Shown here in pieces: positions 1-20,124 of a DNA stretch of 64,000 nucleotides; position 1 is the stretch's first letter, and every line of letters starts with the position of its first letter. A model generated the notes under the pieces. That model saw nothing but the letters and a program-made list of their open reading frames with translations, ran no database searches and was not told where the DNA came from. The translations under genes were made by a program, and so were the position numbers. Origin of the DNA: Macrostomum lignano (Eukaryota); NCBI GenBank assembly GCA_002269645.1, contig NIVC01002737.1, forward strand, positions 62,001-126,000. The letters are read 5' to 3'.

Positions 1-345
1 TCTGGCATGCTGTCCATCTGGAATGATTTCCATTTGGAATGCTGTCCATCTGGAATGATTTCCATCTGGAATGCTGTCCATCTGGAATGCTGTCCATCTG
101 GAATGATTTCCATTTGGAATGCTGTCCATTTGGAATGATGTCCATCTGGCATGATGTACATCTGGAATGCTGTCCATCTGGAATGCTGTCCATCTGGAAT
201 GATGTCCATTTGGCATGATTTCCATTTGGAATGATGTCCATCTGGCATGATTTCCATTTGGAATGATGTCCATCTGGAATGATTTCAATCTGGAATGCTG
301 TCCATTTGGAATGATGTCCATCTGGCATGATTTCGATCTGACATG
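1..345. repeat. Minisatellite TCCATCTGGAATG(C/A)TG in a HEATR1 intron
   Basis: Direct tandem repeats of 16-20 bp. Confidence 0.85.
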
Positions 346-473
346 ATGCCGATTCGCCATAAATTCTACCACCCAGGTAACTCCTTCCATATTTCTTCCA
401 CTCAGATATCTGCTGGAATTTTTTTTCTGATACACTTGGATACCATCGCAACTCCGTACTCAATCGCACCTAC

Positions 474-618
474 CTCTTTCCAGGTGGGCAGCGGCATCGA
501 TTTTATTTAATTCTGTTGCCGAATGAATCAGTGATTTGCGTCTCCTGTAGTCTGCGCTGGCTGTCTGGCCTTCGGGCAGGCGCAGCTTGTTGAGCTGCGT
601 TGCCAGCAGGGAAGTCAT
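474..618 (-). CDS. HEATR1: HEATR1/UTP10 (BAP28) first coding exon; gene continues off the left edge
   Basis: ATG at 618 gives MTSLLATQLNKLRLPEGQ...SLIHSATELNKID, resembling the remembered N-terminus of HEATR1/UTP10 (MTSLAQQLQRLALP...SLLFD). Donor AG/GTAGGT follows 474 (phase 1). Confidence 0.7.
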
Positions 619-729
619 GCTGCTGCTGCTGCTGCTGCTTCTTTTAGAAGCAGGGTCATGAGAAAACAAAATAATTATTAGAACAGAAAAACGTACGAGA
701 CCGTACTAAACTGAATTTTATAAAGTTAT

Positions 730-1148
<419 letters not shown>

Positions 1149-1594
1149 ATCAAAGCCGCAAGAAATATCAAGTAGAAAAGCAGGACTAGCTATTGACAGC
1201 AGAAAAAACAACAACAGGAAATCAAGCAGCTGCAAAAATTCACACTCAGTGAGCGGTGTAGTGAACTTATCAAAAGACGCATTGTATTCAGCAAGTTCAC
1301 AGCAATATATGCAATGTTCCTCCAGCATACATGTGCAGCGCACTGCTATAACTAGAATCGAATCTGGGTCCGCAGGCACAAGTAGCAAATAAAAAACGCA
1401 CTTAGAGTTAGATAATCCGATATATAAAATTATTAAATGGAATTAACCAAATTTCGGCAATAATGAAATCCTGAACTAGGCATTTTTGGTTCAGCGCAGA
1501 ATTTGGGAAGCTAAATATCACAACTAATCGGAAGTACGAGTCAGAATTAATATGAACATGGTACACATCTGTAGCTACCAATACTTTATCAATT

Positions 1595-1935
1595 TTCAGC
1601 TACCGATATGAATTGTAACACACTTCTCTAGCAACCGATATGTAGTGTAACACACTTCTCTAGCTACTGACATGTAGTGTAACACACTTCTCTAGCTACC
1701 GATATGTAGTGTAACATACTTCTCTAGCAACCGATATGTAGTGTAACACACTTCTCTAGCAACCGATATGTAGTGTAACACACTTCTCTAGCTACTGACA
1801 TGTAGTGTAACACACTTCTCTAGCTACCGATATGTAGTGTAACATACTTCTCTAGCTACCGACACGTAGTGAAGCACAATTCTCTAGCCACCGATATGTA
1901 GTGTAACACATTTCTATAGCTACCGATATGCAGAG
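1595..1935. repeat. 32-bp minisatellite
   Basis: Unit GCTACCGATATGTAGTGTAACACACTTCTCTA, ~10 copies. Confidence 0.9.
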
Positions 1936-2283
1936 TGACAGACTTCTTTAACTACTGTTGGGCATCGTAAACAGTTTTTTACAAATAAGAGTTTGCGATG
2001 CAAAGCAAGAATGCGGGACAAGATCCTATCGCAGATTTTAACTAAAGGCAAAAGTGACAGAAAAAATGAAACCTGCAAAACATCGCAAAACTGAACACAC
2101 GAAAAATAAAAACCAGATACTTAAACACTCGAAACACGAACTATACAGTCAGATGCACTGCAAGACATTGGCATCATTAAAACAAAAATATTTAGGCAGC
2201 ATCTCTGTTATTATGTTCTCCTAGCAACGAAAGCCCAGATGAGGACACGCGGGTTGGGTCGGCAGTTCGCAGAGCATCAATTG

Positions 2284-5200
2284 TCAGGTGAACATGGCCT
2301 GGTGGCACATCGGACAGTCCATGCTGACGGCGATCCAGCGGCGAATGCAGGCGGAGTGGAACACATGGCGGCAGGGCGTCACCCGGCAGTCCCGGTGCTG
2401 CAGGTCGCTGTAGCAGATGGCGCACACGTCGCCCATGGACTGCAGCAGCTCCTCGCTGGCCGGGGACAAGCTGTGCAGCCGGGCCAGCGACAGCCACCGG
2501 TTTCGGAGCGCCTGCGGACACCGGAGAGGGCAGGGACAGCTGTCTGTCTGTCTGACTGTGTCTGTGTGTCTGTGCTTGTTTGTCTGTCTGTCTGCCTGTG
2601 TCTGTCTGACTTTGTCTCTTTGTTTGTCTGTCTGTCTGTCTGTCTGTGTCTGTGTGTCTGTCTATCTGTATCTGTCTGTGTGTCTGTACTTGTCCGTCTG
2701 TCTGTCTGACTGTGTCTCTTGGTTTGTCTGTCTGACTGTGTCTCTTGGTTTGTTTGTCTGTCTGTCTGTCTTAGTGCCTTCTGTCTATCTGTCTGTCGGT
2801 CTGTTAGTCTGTTTTCCTGTCTGTCAGCCTCTAAATAAAAAAATGCCTGTTTTATTGCCTGTTGTCCGTCTATGTTGGTGTGAATATGGCTCTGTCGGTG
2901 TCTGTTTGTCTGTTTACATAATGCTGTTCAACACTATACTTCTAACGTTGAATTTAAAAGCAGCTAAAACACTGCCAGCAATTCTGGAATTTCCGTCAGT
3001 AGAACATCCGTGTCCTCAGCTACCAGCCAAGCCTCACCTGCAAGCCATTAGCGGCCTGCTGCCAAATATTGAAGTAGGCGTGAATGAGCAGCATCACGCC
3101 GCGGATAATGCCTCCAGACTCGAATATGAAGATGTAGCCGCCGTTGAAGAACAGGAAGATGCCGAACACGAACTCCACGACATTGCTGGCGCCGCGGATG
3201 TAGTACAGAGTCTCGTCCAAATCCTCGAAGGTGCCCTCCCGCCAGGCCTCCAGCATGGATGCGGCGTACAGCAGGAGGGTGAAGAGCACTTTGAACAGCA
3301 CCTCCACGGAGAAGGCGGTGACGGCGAGGATCCAGGCCCCCGCCTCGTAGCTGGTCCACAGCACGTACAGGAAGGCCATGGGACTCAGCAGGAGGAACAG
3401 GCACAGGGAGAGGACGCGAAGGTGCACGCTGAGCGGGACACCGGCGGGGGCTGAGGCGACTCGCTGCATCACCTGGGGTTGGCGATTGTGGTAAAACCGG
3501 GGGTTCTCGTATATATACTTATATAACTTTACACTCGAGGATTGGCTCTTAATGCATTTTTTTAATTTGGCACCTAATGCATTCATCTAATTTAGCACAT
3601 AATGCCTTTATATTAATTTGGCACCTAACAATGCATTTATCTAAGTTGGCACCTAATGCATTCTTATTTGGCCCCTAATGCATTATAAGTTGGCACCTAA
3701 TGCATTCTAAGTTGGCACCTAATGCATTCTTATTTGGCCCCTAATGCATTATAAGTTGGCACCTAATGCATTCTAAGTTGGCACCTAATGCATTCTAAGT
3801 TGGCACCTAATGCATTCTTATTTGGCACCTAATGCATTCTAAGTTGGCAACTAATGCATTCTAAGTTGGCACCTAATGCATTCTAAGTTGGCACCTAATG
3901 CATTCTTATTTGGCCCCTAATGCATTCTAAGTTGGCACCTAATGCATTCTAAGTTGGCACCTAATGCATTTTAAGTTGGCACCTAATGCATTCTAAGTTG
4001 GCAACTAATGCATTCTTATTTGGCCCCTAATGCATTATAAGTTGGCACCTAATGCATTCTTATTTGGCCCCTAATGCATTTTGATTTAGCGCCTAATACT
4101 CGTATATTCTTATTTGGCATCTAATGCTTTTTTATTTGGCACCTAATACATTCTAAGTTGGCACCTAATGCATTCTAAGTTGGCACCTAATGCATTCTTA
4201 TTTGGCCCCTAATGCATTCTAAGTTGGCACCTAATGAATTCTTATTTGGCCCCTAATGCATTCTAAGTTGGCACCTAATGCATTCTAAGTTGGCACCTAA
4301 TGCATTCTAAGTTGGCAACTAATGCATTCTTATTTGGCCCCTAATGCATTCTAAGTTGGCACGTAATGCATTCTAAGTTGGCCCCTAATGCATTCTAAGT
4401 TGGCACCTAATGAATTCTTATTTGGCCCGTAATGCATTTTGATTTAGCGCCTAATATATTCTTATTTGGCATCTAATGCTTTTTATTTGGCACCTAATAC
4501 ATTATAATTTGTTACCTAATGGGTTTTTCTAATTTAGCACCTAATGCATTCTAATTTAGCACCTAATATATTCTTATTTGTTACCTAATGGGTTTTTCTA
4601 ATTTAGCACCTAATGCATTCTAATTTAGCACCTAATGCATTCTAATTTAGCACCTAATATATTCTTATTTGTTACCTAATGGGTTTTTCTAATTTAGCAC
4701 CTAATGCATTCTAATTTAGCACCTAATGCATTCTAATTTAGCACCTAATATATTCTTATTTGTTACCTAATGGGTTTTTCTAATTTAGCACCTAATGCAT
4801 TCTAATTTAGCACCTAATGCATTCTAATTTGGCACCTAATGCATTCTTATTTGGCCCCTAATGCATTCTAAGTTGGCACCTAATGAATTCTTATTTGGCC
4901 CCTAATGCATTCTAAGTTGGCACCTAATGAATTCTTATTTGGCCCCTAATGCATTCTAAGTTGGCACCTAATGCATTCTAAGTTGGCACCTAATGCATTC
5001 TTATTTGGCCCCTAATGCATTCTAAGTTGGCACCTAATGCATTCTAAGTTGGCACCTAATGCATTCTAAGTTGGCAACTAATGCATTCTTATTTGGCCCC
5101 TAATGCATTCTAAGTTGGCACGTAATGCATTCTAAGTTGGCCCCTAATGCATTCTAAGTTGGCACCTAATGAATTCTTATTTGGCCCGTAATGCATTTTG

Positions 5201-8200
5201 ATTTAGCGCCTAATATATTCTTATTTGGCATCTAATGCTTTTTATTTGGCACCTAATACATTATAATTTGTTACCTAATGGGTTTTTCTAATTTAGCACC
5301 TAATGCATTCTAATTTAGCACCTAATATATTCTTATTTGTTACCTAATGGGTTTTTCTAATTTAGCACCTAATGCATTCTAATTTAGCACCTAATGCATT
5401 CTAATTTGGCACCTAATATATTCTTATTTGGCACCTAATGCATTCTAATTTGGCACCTAATATATTCTTAATTGGCATCTAATGCTTTTTTATTTGGCAC
5501 CTAATACATTCTAATTTGGCACTAATGCATTCTATTTTAGCACCTAATGCAATCTAAGTTAACACCCCACTATTTCAACATAATCCCCAAGCCTTCCAAT
5601 TTGGCTCCTACTGATTAAAAGCATTCGGAAAGCACACAGAACAAGGCACGGACACAGACCTGCTGGCACATATTGTGCACAAAGTGCAACAGAGCGGACA
5701 CCATCAGGCACAGATTGCGGTACAGCCGGCTCACTCTGTCGTCGGCCGGCAAGCCGGTGATGCCAGCCTGCAGAGCCAGCAGGAAGAACAGCATGGCCGA
5801 CACGGTGCCGTACTGCCACTCCTCGTAGTCGTGAAGGCTGATAAACTTGGCGAAGCAGAGCACAATGAGCTGCGACAGCCAGCTGATGACGGCCGTCATG
5901 CCCAGCAGGGACAGCAGGTTCTCCGAGCCGCGGCCCAGCGTGGCCGCCTGCAGGGCGCCAATCAAAGTCGGAGACTCGCCGCCGCCAGCCTCAGCGGGTA
6001 GCAACAGCATAGTAACCAGGTAATAGGCGGCTTTCAATAGCCAGAATACGCGAAGCAGCAGAGGAACTCGCAGCCGGGCCCAGTGCTGCTCGATGACGCC
6101 CTGTTGGACAGACAAAATCAAATGAAAAGCGTCAGAAACGATACAGACTACTTACGAATAAGTAGGTCTACGCAAAATATTCGATGCAAATATTATTTTT
6201 ATCTGCAATTAGCGAATTCACAATCAACCATGGCCATTCCACTGACCCGGATGCGAACACGGGCCTACGCTACACGGACAGTCAAACAAACAAATAACAA
6301 CTCGACAGGTGCAAATACGAGTAATGGTCTCAATCTCAAATATCGACTCGGGTCTCGGGATTTCGAGTTCCTCGTAGGAGACAGAAAGACTACATAGACA
6401 GACAGAAGACAGACATCAAGTAAACAGACACGGACATACAGACAGACAGATGGACAAACAGACTAACAGACAGATGGACAAAGAGACTGACAGACAGACA
6501 GATGGACAAGGAGACTGACAGACAGATGGACAAAGAGACTGACAGACAGACAGACAGACAGACAGATGGACAAACAAACAGACGGACAAACAGACAGTCA
6601 GACAGATGGACAAACAGAAAGACAGACAAACAAACAGACACAGATTTACCGACCGACAGACAGGGACAGACATTAAGAAATTAAGACAGACAGACAGACA
6701 AATAAAGCTACACAAATCGACTCTTGCTGAACCTTTCCCGAACCCAACAAACGCGGCACTGCAGCCGCTCAGCAACAAACCTCAAGGCCCAGAGCGCGAG
6801 CCTGCCTGCACAGATTTCGCACAGCTCGCACACTCTGGCCAACCAGCCGGTCAGCGTTGCCCAACAATTGGGCATTGATGAGGCAGGCAGCTGGGCACAC
6901 AGACAGCATGGGGCTGCGGCTCAGCAGGGGGTCGGGAGCGCCCACACAGGTGAATATGAGCGGCAGCTGCAGAAAGGCGAACATGACTACTCGAAGTAGC
7001 CGCTGCAGTCGGTTGGGCAAGTCGGCAAGCAGGCAGCGGGAGAGCAGCAGTGCGGTGAGCAGCTGACTGTTGCAGTACAGCACCAGGCCGAGGGTTCCGC
7101 CACCGCTGTGCCTGTCGCCAGGCGGATCGGGCGAGCTCAGCAAGGCCGCCGCACCGGCCGCCCGAACCAGCTCACAGCTGCTCCGATAGGAATAATAAGC
7201 CATGAGCACAGACACGAGATTGGCGCACGCAGCCCGGAGATAATCCGAGTCCAGGACGGATGCTAAGCCGGCCAGAGCGATCACTGTGTGAGGATTCAGG
7301 ATTAAAGACCTTGTAATATTAACATCAAGCTGTGGAATTTTGGGTCACAAAGGTTAAATAAGCTTGCTACAGTGGAGGGGTGCAGTTCACTGAAGGGCTG
7401 GAGGGGTGCAGTTCACTGAAGGACTGAAGGGGTGCAGTTCACTGAAGGACTGAAGGGTGCAGTTCACTGAAGGACTGAAGGGGTGCAGTTCACTGAAGGG
7501 CTGGAGGGGTGCAGTTCACTGAAGGGCTGGAGGGGTGCAGTTCACTGAAGGACAGAAGGGGTGCAGTTCACTGAAGGACTGAAGGGGTGCAGTTCACTGA
7601 GGGCTGAAGGGGTGCAGTTCACTGAAGGACTGAAGGGGTGCAGTTCACTGAAGGGCTGGAGGGGTGCAGTTCACTGAAGGACTGAAGGGGTGCAGTTCAC
7701 TGAAGGACTGAAGGGGTGCAGTTCACTGAAGGACTGGAGGGGTGCAGTTCACTGAAGGGCTGGAGGAGTGCAGTTCACTGAAGGGCTGGAGGAGTGCAGT
7801 TCACTGAAGGGCTGGAGGGGTGCAGTTCACTGAAGGGCTGGAGGGGTGCAGTTCACTGAAGGGCTGGAGGGGTGCAGTTCACTGAAGGACTGAGGGTGTA
7901 TACTTTATAAACTTTGAAGCTCTATGAAACAAAAGTGGCAAATATTCACCTAGTCAACTTTGCATTGCTCATGGCAACCATAAGCCCATGATATCAGCAG
8001 GATAAAATAGTAAGTAGATAGGTGAGCAACTAATATCAGCAACATGGAAAAGTCTATACACCTAGGCATTTGTGACAATAGCAGCCTGATGGACGATTGA
8101 CTTAATCAATGACTATCACCAGAGTATTTACAAAATGGATAATCCTCTAGATTGCCTTAAGTCTATAAGTTTTTGCAAATGATAAACTCACTCAAACTGA

Positions 8201-11200
8201 GTGCCTATTTGTAAAGCTTGGATAAGAATAATCTCAGTTTTTTTGAGAGAACTAGAACTAACTTTCTAAAGAGTGGACCCTAATCTGGGGTTTTTTTCGT
8301 CTGAAATCCAGTTGCCAAATGGCAACTGGAGCTCAAAATCTAGTTGCCAATTGCCATCCTTAGTTGCCAATTGGCAACTGACCTATTTCAGTGTCCCAGT
8401 TTATAAAGTTGTTTTTGCAACAATTTTCACGCATTGACAAAAAATAATATGCTCAAATCAGCTCAGGCTTCAGGTTTTCAGCCAAGCCAAACTTAGCAGT
8501 AATAAAATGTGACAGACTGTTTTATCATCGTCAACTGCCTTGGTTCAAGTTGGTTGCCAGATTGGCCTCTGATGCCACAAATCCAGTTGCCAATGGCTTT
8601 TTTGGGTAGCCAGTGGCTACCATATGGTCTAAAAAAACCCAGGCCCTAATTATTTTAGTTATTATTTTTATTGCCATAGTGCAATGTACTTAATCATTGT
8701 TATCTACTTAATAACCATACATGCACAACTTTGGGAATCACCCGGCCATTTCTATTAGCAACACACACATGTAAGTCGCTATTGGCTCAGAGTAGTCATG
8801 TGACTACTATTCTATCCAATAGCGACTTACATGTGTGTGTTGCCAATAGAAACGGCCGAGTGAATACCAAGGTTGCGCCCAAGCATGTTAATAACTAAGA
8901 CTTAAAGACCATTGGAGCCCTTTATTTCATGGATAGGGGCAGAAAGATAGATCACTAAAAATAAATATTGCCACTTTAAAAGCTTTTATAAGGGAATCTT
9001 TTTAAATCCCTTGGGTTATAGACTCAAACAACAAAGATATTTGATATGAGCTACCACATGTGTTATGAGCTATGCCTCACAATGCCTTTGCCCTGACCCC
9101 TATACTCTCCACCTCTTCTTTATGCTGCTTGTTCATTCTAGTTTGCCCCTTTCATAAGCTGCCATTCTTCAATTTCTTCATTTTTTGTTTTCATTTTCAT
9201 TGACTAGAATCTTTTTTGTTTCTTTCTTTTTTGACTAATCCAATCAGGTCTCTTGCTACAAATGCCTTTAATTGGCAAGCCTTCCCCTTTCTTTCTCTAT
9301 GGCTGTTTTGCCTTCTACAGTCTTGCATGTCTTAGCCCCACCTAGCCTCTCCCCTCCTGCTCTCACTCCACTTATATGCAGTATTTATTTGCATATATGG
9401 TCTTTGCATTCCTGGCCTCTTGCCTACCCTTGCATATATTGGCCTCTTGCTTTCCCTACTTTATGCTACTAATCTAGTTTGTTATAAACATAAAGAAGTA
9501 AAATATTCAACAAAAAGACAAGGCAAAGTCAGCCTATATAAGTATAGCTAATGATCCTTCTTAGTAGGACAATGCTACTTTTCATTTGTTATCTTGTAAA
9601 TTTTTTCTTAAATCTTAATATTTATTTGGATCTACAAAGTATTTATATAGGTCTTTAAACTCATATTTATCTTTGTTGCTATTGAATAGCTATCAATGTA
9701 TAGCTTCTTTAGGGTACAATGTAGTCAAAATTGGCAATATTGAAAAAAACAATTATATATATTATTAATTATTCCAAAATAATGTCATGGTATTAGTCAA
9801 TATATATAAACTGCATTCAATTTAAATAAATTTGATATATAGACCTTTGAGAATGACTTTTTGACTTTGAGAATGAATAAACATTTTTGGAAAGCATATT
9901 TAGATTTAGCATAGGAAAAATAATGCCAATGGATAGGACAAACTTAAAAGAAGTTAATCTTCTATATATCTAAATATATATCTATACCTATAAAAATAAA
10001 ACCTTTGCATGTCTATGGACAATTTTGATCGCTATGGACTCCCAAACTGCTCAACCAAATGACACCAAACTTTGCAACTACCCTAAACTTACTACAGAGA
10101 ATGTCTTTAGCTACCTTTAATAAATTTTCTAAACTCAAGTCTTCCTACCTAAAAGTACAAAAAACTGCTCAAAATGCGAGATGAGAGAAAGGAGAGAGAA
10201 AGAAAAAGAAGACATGAGAGCAGAGACAAGGGAGAAGAGGATAGAGGGAAGAGAAGAGAAGAGAAGAGAGAGAAGAGGGGAGAGAAGTGAGAAGAGGAGA
10301 GAAAACAGTAGAAAATAGAAAGAAAAGAAGAGATGAGATAAAAGAGATGAGAGAGAAGCGAGAAAAGAGAAGTGAGAAGAGAACAAAGATAAAAGAAGAG
10401 AAAAGAGAGTTGATAGAGCAAAGATGAGAGAGAAGAGAGATGAGGGAAGAGAGAGAAAAGAGGAGAGAGTAAAGAGGAAAGAACAGAAGAAATGAAAGGA
10501 GAGAGAGAGAAAAGAGGAGACAGAAGAGAAGATGGAAGTTTCAAAGATCCAAGGGACTTAAAGAGAGGCAGAGGCCAGAGTTTGCCAATACATGTTTTAG
10601 AGTCAAATAGACATTTTCTGACATCCTGCATAGCACCCTAGCCAAATATATCAATGGTTGCCTTAAATCCTAATTTTACACAAATGTAGCTCTATTTATG
10701 TTTCTCTCTATCCTAATGATCAATAAGTTTTTGTATGAATATGACTTTAGATTTTAGAATATATGCAAAATAGTTCTAGGGATTAGAATTCCCTGGGTTC
10801 AAATTCCATGAGTTTCAATAGCTTGTATACATATTTTAAAAAAAGATAATATATATATTAACTTCTTTTAAGTTTGTCCTATCCATTGGCATGGTATCAG
10901 TCCACTTTGGCAACAAACCACTTCAGCAACAACCATTTTGGTGACAAGTTGAATCAGCAACAGCCATTTTAGCAACAGCATTAATAATGCATTTATTTCA
11001 ATTTTAAAAGTAAAGTAAAAGTCAAAGTCATCACAAAGCTAAAACAAAGCAGTAAGAAATAAAAAACAAATCCAGTCCTTTTTATGCTTGTTGCCCATTC
11101 TTTTTTGTTCCCAAAAAAGTCCATTCCCACCCGTAGCCTCCTGCAATTTGTGCATAGAATGCATTGGCTGCATGTACCCACCAAACTATATATAATAACC

Positions 11201-12259
11201 ATCTTAACTTTGATGCAGGTAAATTGAGGACAGTGCATATAGCTAGCAAGCTCTCTAGAGTTCTTTTTCTTGCCAGCCAGAATTCTCCACCCTCCACTAT
11301 AGCTGTATATGCCAAGAATAACCACCAGCCCCCTTCCTGCCCTTGTTTTCATTTCTTGATTACGCTGTCGCTGAAATGGCTATTGCCAAAATGGTTATTG
11401 CCTAAATTGTTTGTCGCCAAAGTGGATTGTATTCACTCCTATTTTTCCTATGCTAAAGCCTAAATCTAAACATGCTTTCTAAGAAATGTTTATTCATTCT
11501 CAAAGTCAAAGGTCTTATATATCAAATTTATTTGAATTGAATGCAGTTTTATATCAACAGTTATAAGCTTTAATACAAAATTACCTGATCTTCTTAGCAT
11601 TTCTTATTTCAAGAAACTTTAAAAAACCTATAAAATAAATTTGCTTTAATATTAGCTATATAGATAAAAGAACATTTATTACTGAATTTGCCTAAATTGT
11701 TGCTATTTTTTTAATTTATTTCTTTTGCTAATAATTTTATTGCCAAATTTGCCTATATCTAACAAAATGGAAACAATCTCTGTTTTACTTAGCTACTTAT
11801 ATTATTGCAATTTATAATTTATTATCTAGCTAGATTAGTTATATTAGGGCCTAGCTAAATAATAAACATATTATATTTAAGCTACATAAAAATAAGCCAA
11901 TAAGACTTACCAGCTGATTTGAATATAAAGCTAAACAAAGGGATGATAATAACTAAAAAGAACACTAATGACTGAGGTGGACAATCATCTATGTTTATAG
12001 TATTCTCAAAGAATCTATCAAACAATGATAGGGTATCTTTGCCAATGTCTTTGAGCAAGCAAAGCTTATATTGCTCTCTGTTTAACTTAGAGCCATTTCC
12101 AGATAAACGATCAACAGACTGAACAGCTTCAACATGTTGCGTTCGAATGATAGAAGGGAGTTCTGTGTTCAATGTATTATCAATAATAAAAAGAAAAGGA
12201 ACACGTAATAAAACATCCAAGGTACTAGATGGAATAAGCTGAAGAAAGTCCATCTTCAT
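2284..12259 (-). CDS. RNF139: TRC8/RNF139-RNF145 family ER membrane RING-H2 E3 ligase, 5 exons, ~651 aa
   Basis: Exons 12259-11911, 7283-6781, 6100-5660, 3472-3038, 2511-2284, all GT-AG and phase-compatible (1956 nt). Motifs: [37 protein letters not shown] and RING-H2 [26 protein letters not shown]139 versus RNF145 cannot be decided without phylogeny. Confidence 0.9.
3560..5555. repeat. 22/23-bp intronic minisatellite
   Basis: Unit GCACCTAATGCATTCTAAGTTG and variants fill RNF139-like intron 3. Confidence 0.92.
7372..7895. repeat. 26-bp minisatellite
   Basis: Unit GGGGTGCAGTTCACTGAAGG(G/A)CTG(G/A)A. Confidence 0.92.
8285..8642. mobile_element. hAT-type MITE
   Basis: TIRs CTGGGGTTTTTTT / AAAAAAACCCAG with an 8-bp TSD ACCCTAAT/GCCCTAAT (7 of 8 match). 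Confidence 0.65.
8731..8870. mobile_element. Palindromic MITE (~140 bp foldback)
   Basis: Near-perfect inverted arms GCAACACACACATGTAAGTCGCTATTGG / CCAATAGCGACTTACATGTGTGTGTTGC. A related partial copy lies near 13245-13320. Confidence 0.7.
9800..11552. mobile_element. Long-TIR foldback element carrying nested insertions
   Basis: 9800-9958 is the reverse complement of 10858-10893 plus 11440-11552. It contains a Helitron-like copy (~9960-10827) and a second TIR element (~10893-11432). Confidence 0.65.
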
Positions 12260-14872
12260 GTTATCAAAATAATAGGGTAGGCCTAGGTCTACTACAGTTC
12301 TTAACAAAACAACAAAACAAAGATCTAACTCAAATCAAATCCTTTCAAAACAAGGCTTTGCTCTAGGTCCTAGCCTGGAATATAGGCTTACCAATTTAAC
12401 AGACTTAATGTATTTTAGCATGAGCGCTTATTATTAATTAATAAACTTAGCAGTACAACACAAATAAAACAGAAACGATCCTCCACTCCATACCTTTATC
12501 ATTCATTATATTAAAAGTCACAGGTACTGAGGTACAGCACAGAATTGTTGTCTGTTGTCAAATTGTAACAAAGCTAGAAAACAAACCTACAAAAAGTAGA
12601 ACCCATTGTTTTGTTTTTTTGTAAAAAGAAACTTTAAGTGCTACTTCTTTTCTGTCAATCGTTAGAAATACTTTTAAAGTAAAAAATTTGTTTAAACCTA
12701 CTTTTTTATTTTATTCAGACACTACATTTTTTAATTGTTGAAAGTACTCATTTTTTAACCTTACGTCCTTAGCACACCTACCTTAGGTGCTGCCTTACCT
12801 TAGTTTACCTTACCTTAGTACTAAGCTCGTTTCCGTCTTTTCAAAGCCAGAACTACAAAATAAAAAATGTTTAACTTTAAGAACTTTGTAACACTATTTT
12901 AATCATAAGTCTGAGCAGAATTCTAGTAGGCCTACGTTTCCCAGAATCCCAGCGAATTGCTTCTGCGTTAGGTCAAAGCAATTTTGCATTGGAATTTCAA
13001 TTCAAGTCAATTTATTCTTTCTTCAAAAAGATAGCATAGTTTAGACAGTGTCGCACTGTATAAAAAATCGGAAGTGCATTGTTTGTTCGAAATAAATAAT
13101 TAAAACTTTTGAGTTTTGTACTAGTGTGTTTTTTAAAAGTGAATCTATTTAAACTGATGATTTTATTGTGTCACCTGTGTTAGGTAATTGTGATTGTGAT
13201 GTGAAGTGATAGGCTTAGTTTGGAATCATGCTTGGGTGTAACCTTGGGATTCACCTAGCCATTTCAATTGAGAACATACACATGTAAGTCGCAATTGAAT
13301 TGAATAATATTCATGTGACTGCTCTTAGTCTCAGCCAAAAGTGTTTCTAGGGTTCTCTTTTTTGCCAGAGACAAGGTGCAAAATTGCACCCTATGCTCAT
13401 TTTCATGGTGCAATTTTAAGGCTCAAAGTGCAATTTCTCTTTTTTCTTATTTTAAGGCAGTGCAAATGCAAATGAAGGCATAGGCCTAGCATAGTTCTTG
13501 TTTAGGGGCCTACTTTGTGATATTATTTTGCCTTTCACTAAATTATTTCACCCTGTTTTTGTCATTTTCCAGGTTTGGCTCAAGTGTCACAAGTTAGAAA
13601 AACAGTCAGTTGAAGTTGCCAAGTCATTTAAACAGAATAATACACGGAAGTCCAGTAAAGCACGGCGCCAAATGCATTGTTAGGGTACAGGTGGCGCCAG
13701 ATATATTCTTCGAGATGACTCTCGAAGAGTGCATCGCTTGTACCGTGCATTGCGCGCAGCCGCGCAGGTGCCTCTTGGCAAGGGCCCAGGTGCGACCAGG
13801 TCCACCTAGCTCTATTGGGTATTCAATGTCGGGGTAGCTAGGCAGCCGGCCATTGTGTAGATTAATCTGAAAGGGTTGTGGTTTTGGTACAAATGCAGAA
13901 TATGCTATATAAATGCAAAAAACACATAAAAATAATATTGTAAAGTAAACTAGAACTATGCCCAAATGAGGCTTTAATAGAAAAAATAGGTTATGAGACC
14001 GCACCTAAACTGCACCTACATTTCAATTTCAGGGTGCAATTTTAAAATTTAAGGTGCATACACACACTATACAAAAAAATAAACTCAGTTTGTTTCAATT
14101 ATTATTATTTTCTATTAGGTATCTTATAAAAAAATTGACATAAAGAAATAATTAAGCTAAAGATATAGTAAGTCAAAAAAGAATATCCAATTTTTATTTG
14201 AAGTCTTGAAGCATATATATGCTTGAATTTTGATACATAGTATGCAATATATCTATAGCACATATACATAGTTTATTCACAATCTAGAATAGGCCCTAGG
14301 CTGCACTATGTTACTTTTGTTTATATGGCTACTAGTCAATCTGGCGATAATCATATTGGCAAAAGACATTTAGCAATTGATTTTGCATTATAGATTTTAT
14401 ATATTTCAAATACAAACAAAACTTTATATGAATACAATTTTAAATTTTATTTATATATAATTCATTTTAAGATGGCTAATATCTTTTCTAATAAAAATGG
14501 TATATAAAGGCTACATTTCTAACATAATTTAAAGTTTTATCAAACATTTTAATGTAATAATGTATTTGATTATAAAACTTATATATGGCATCTAGTAAAA
14601 ATAATAAAGAATGCATTAATTTAATATAGTTTGCCATTTTTAAAGCGATATCATTATAAGAAAACAAGTTATAAACTATGCATTTTGAACCAACCCGTAG
14701 TTTTCTAATCTAATTCAATTCCAATTTTTAATCCTTAAAACTATTTTTGTATACTCTATTAAAATAAATAGTATTAGATATTAATAATTAATAACAATAG
14801 TAAAAATTATTAGTAATTATAACAATCAAAGCTTTCTAATATTTAACTACCAATAGCCAATTGATATATATA

Positions 14873-20124
<5,252 letters not shown>

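Noticed and set aside
1150-1390. Non-repetitive part of ORF 729-1388 as a coding exon
   Set aside because: No recognisable homology or splice support; probably UTR or intergenic.
10993-11463. ORFs in RNF139-like intron 1 as an additional exon
   Set aside because: Exon 1 joins exon 2 in phase without it, and the region lies inside a TIR element.
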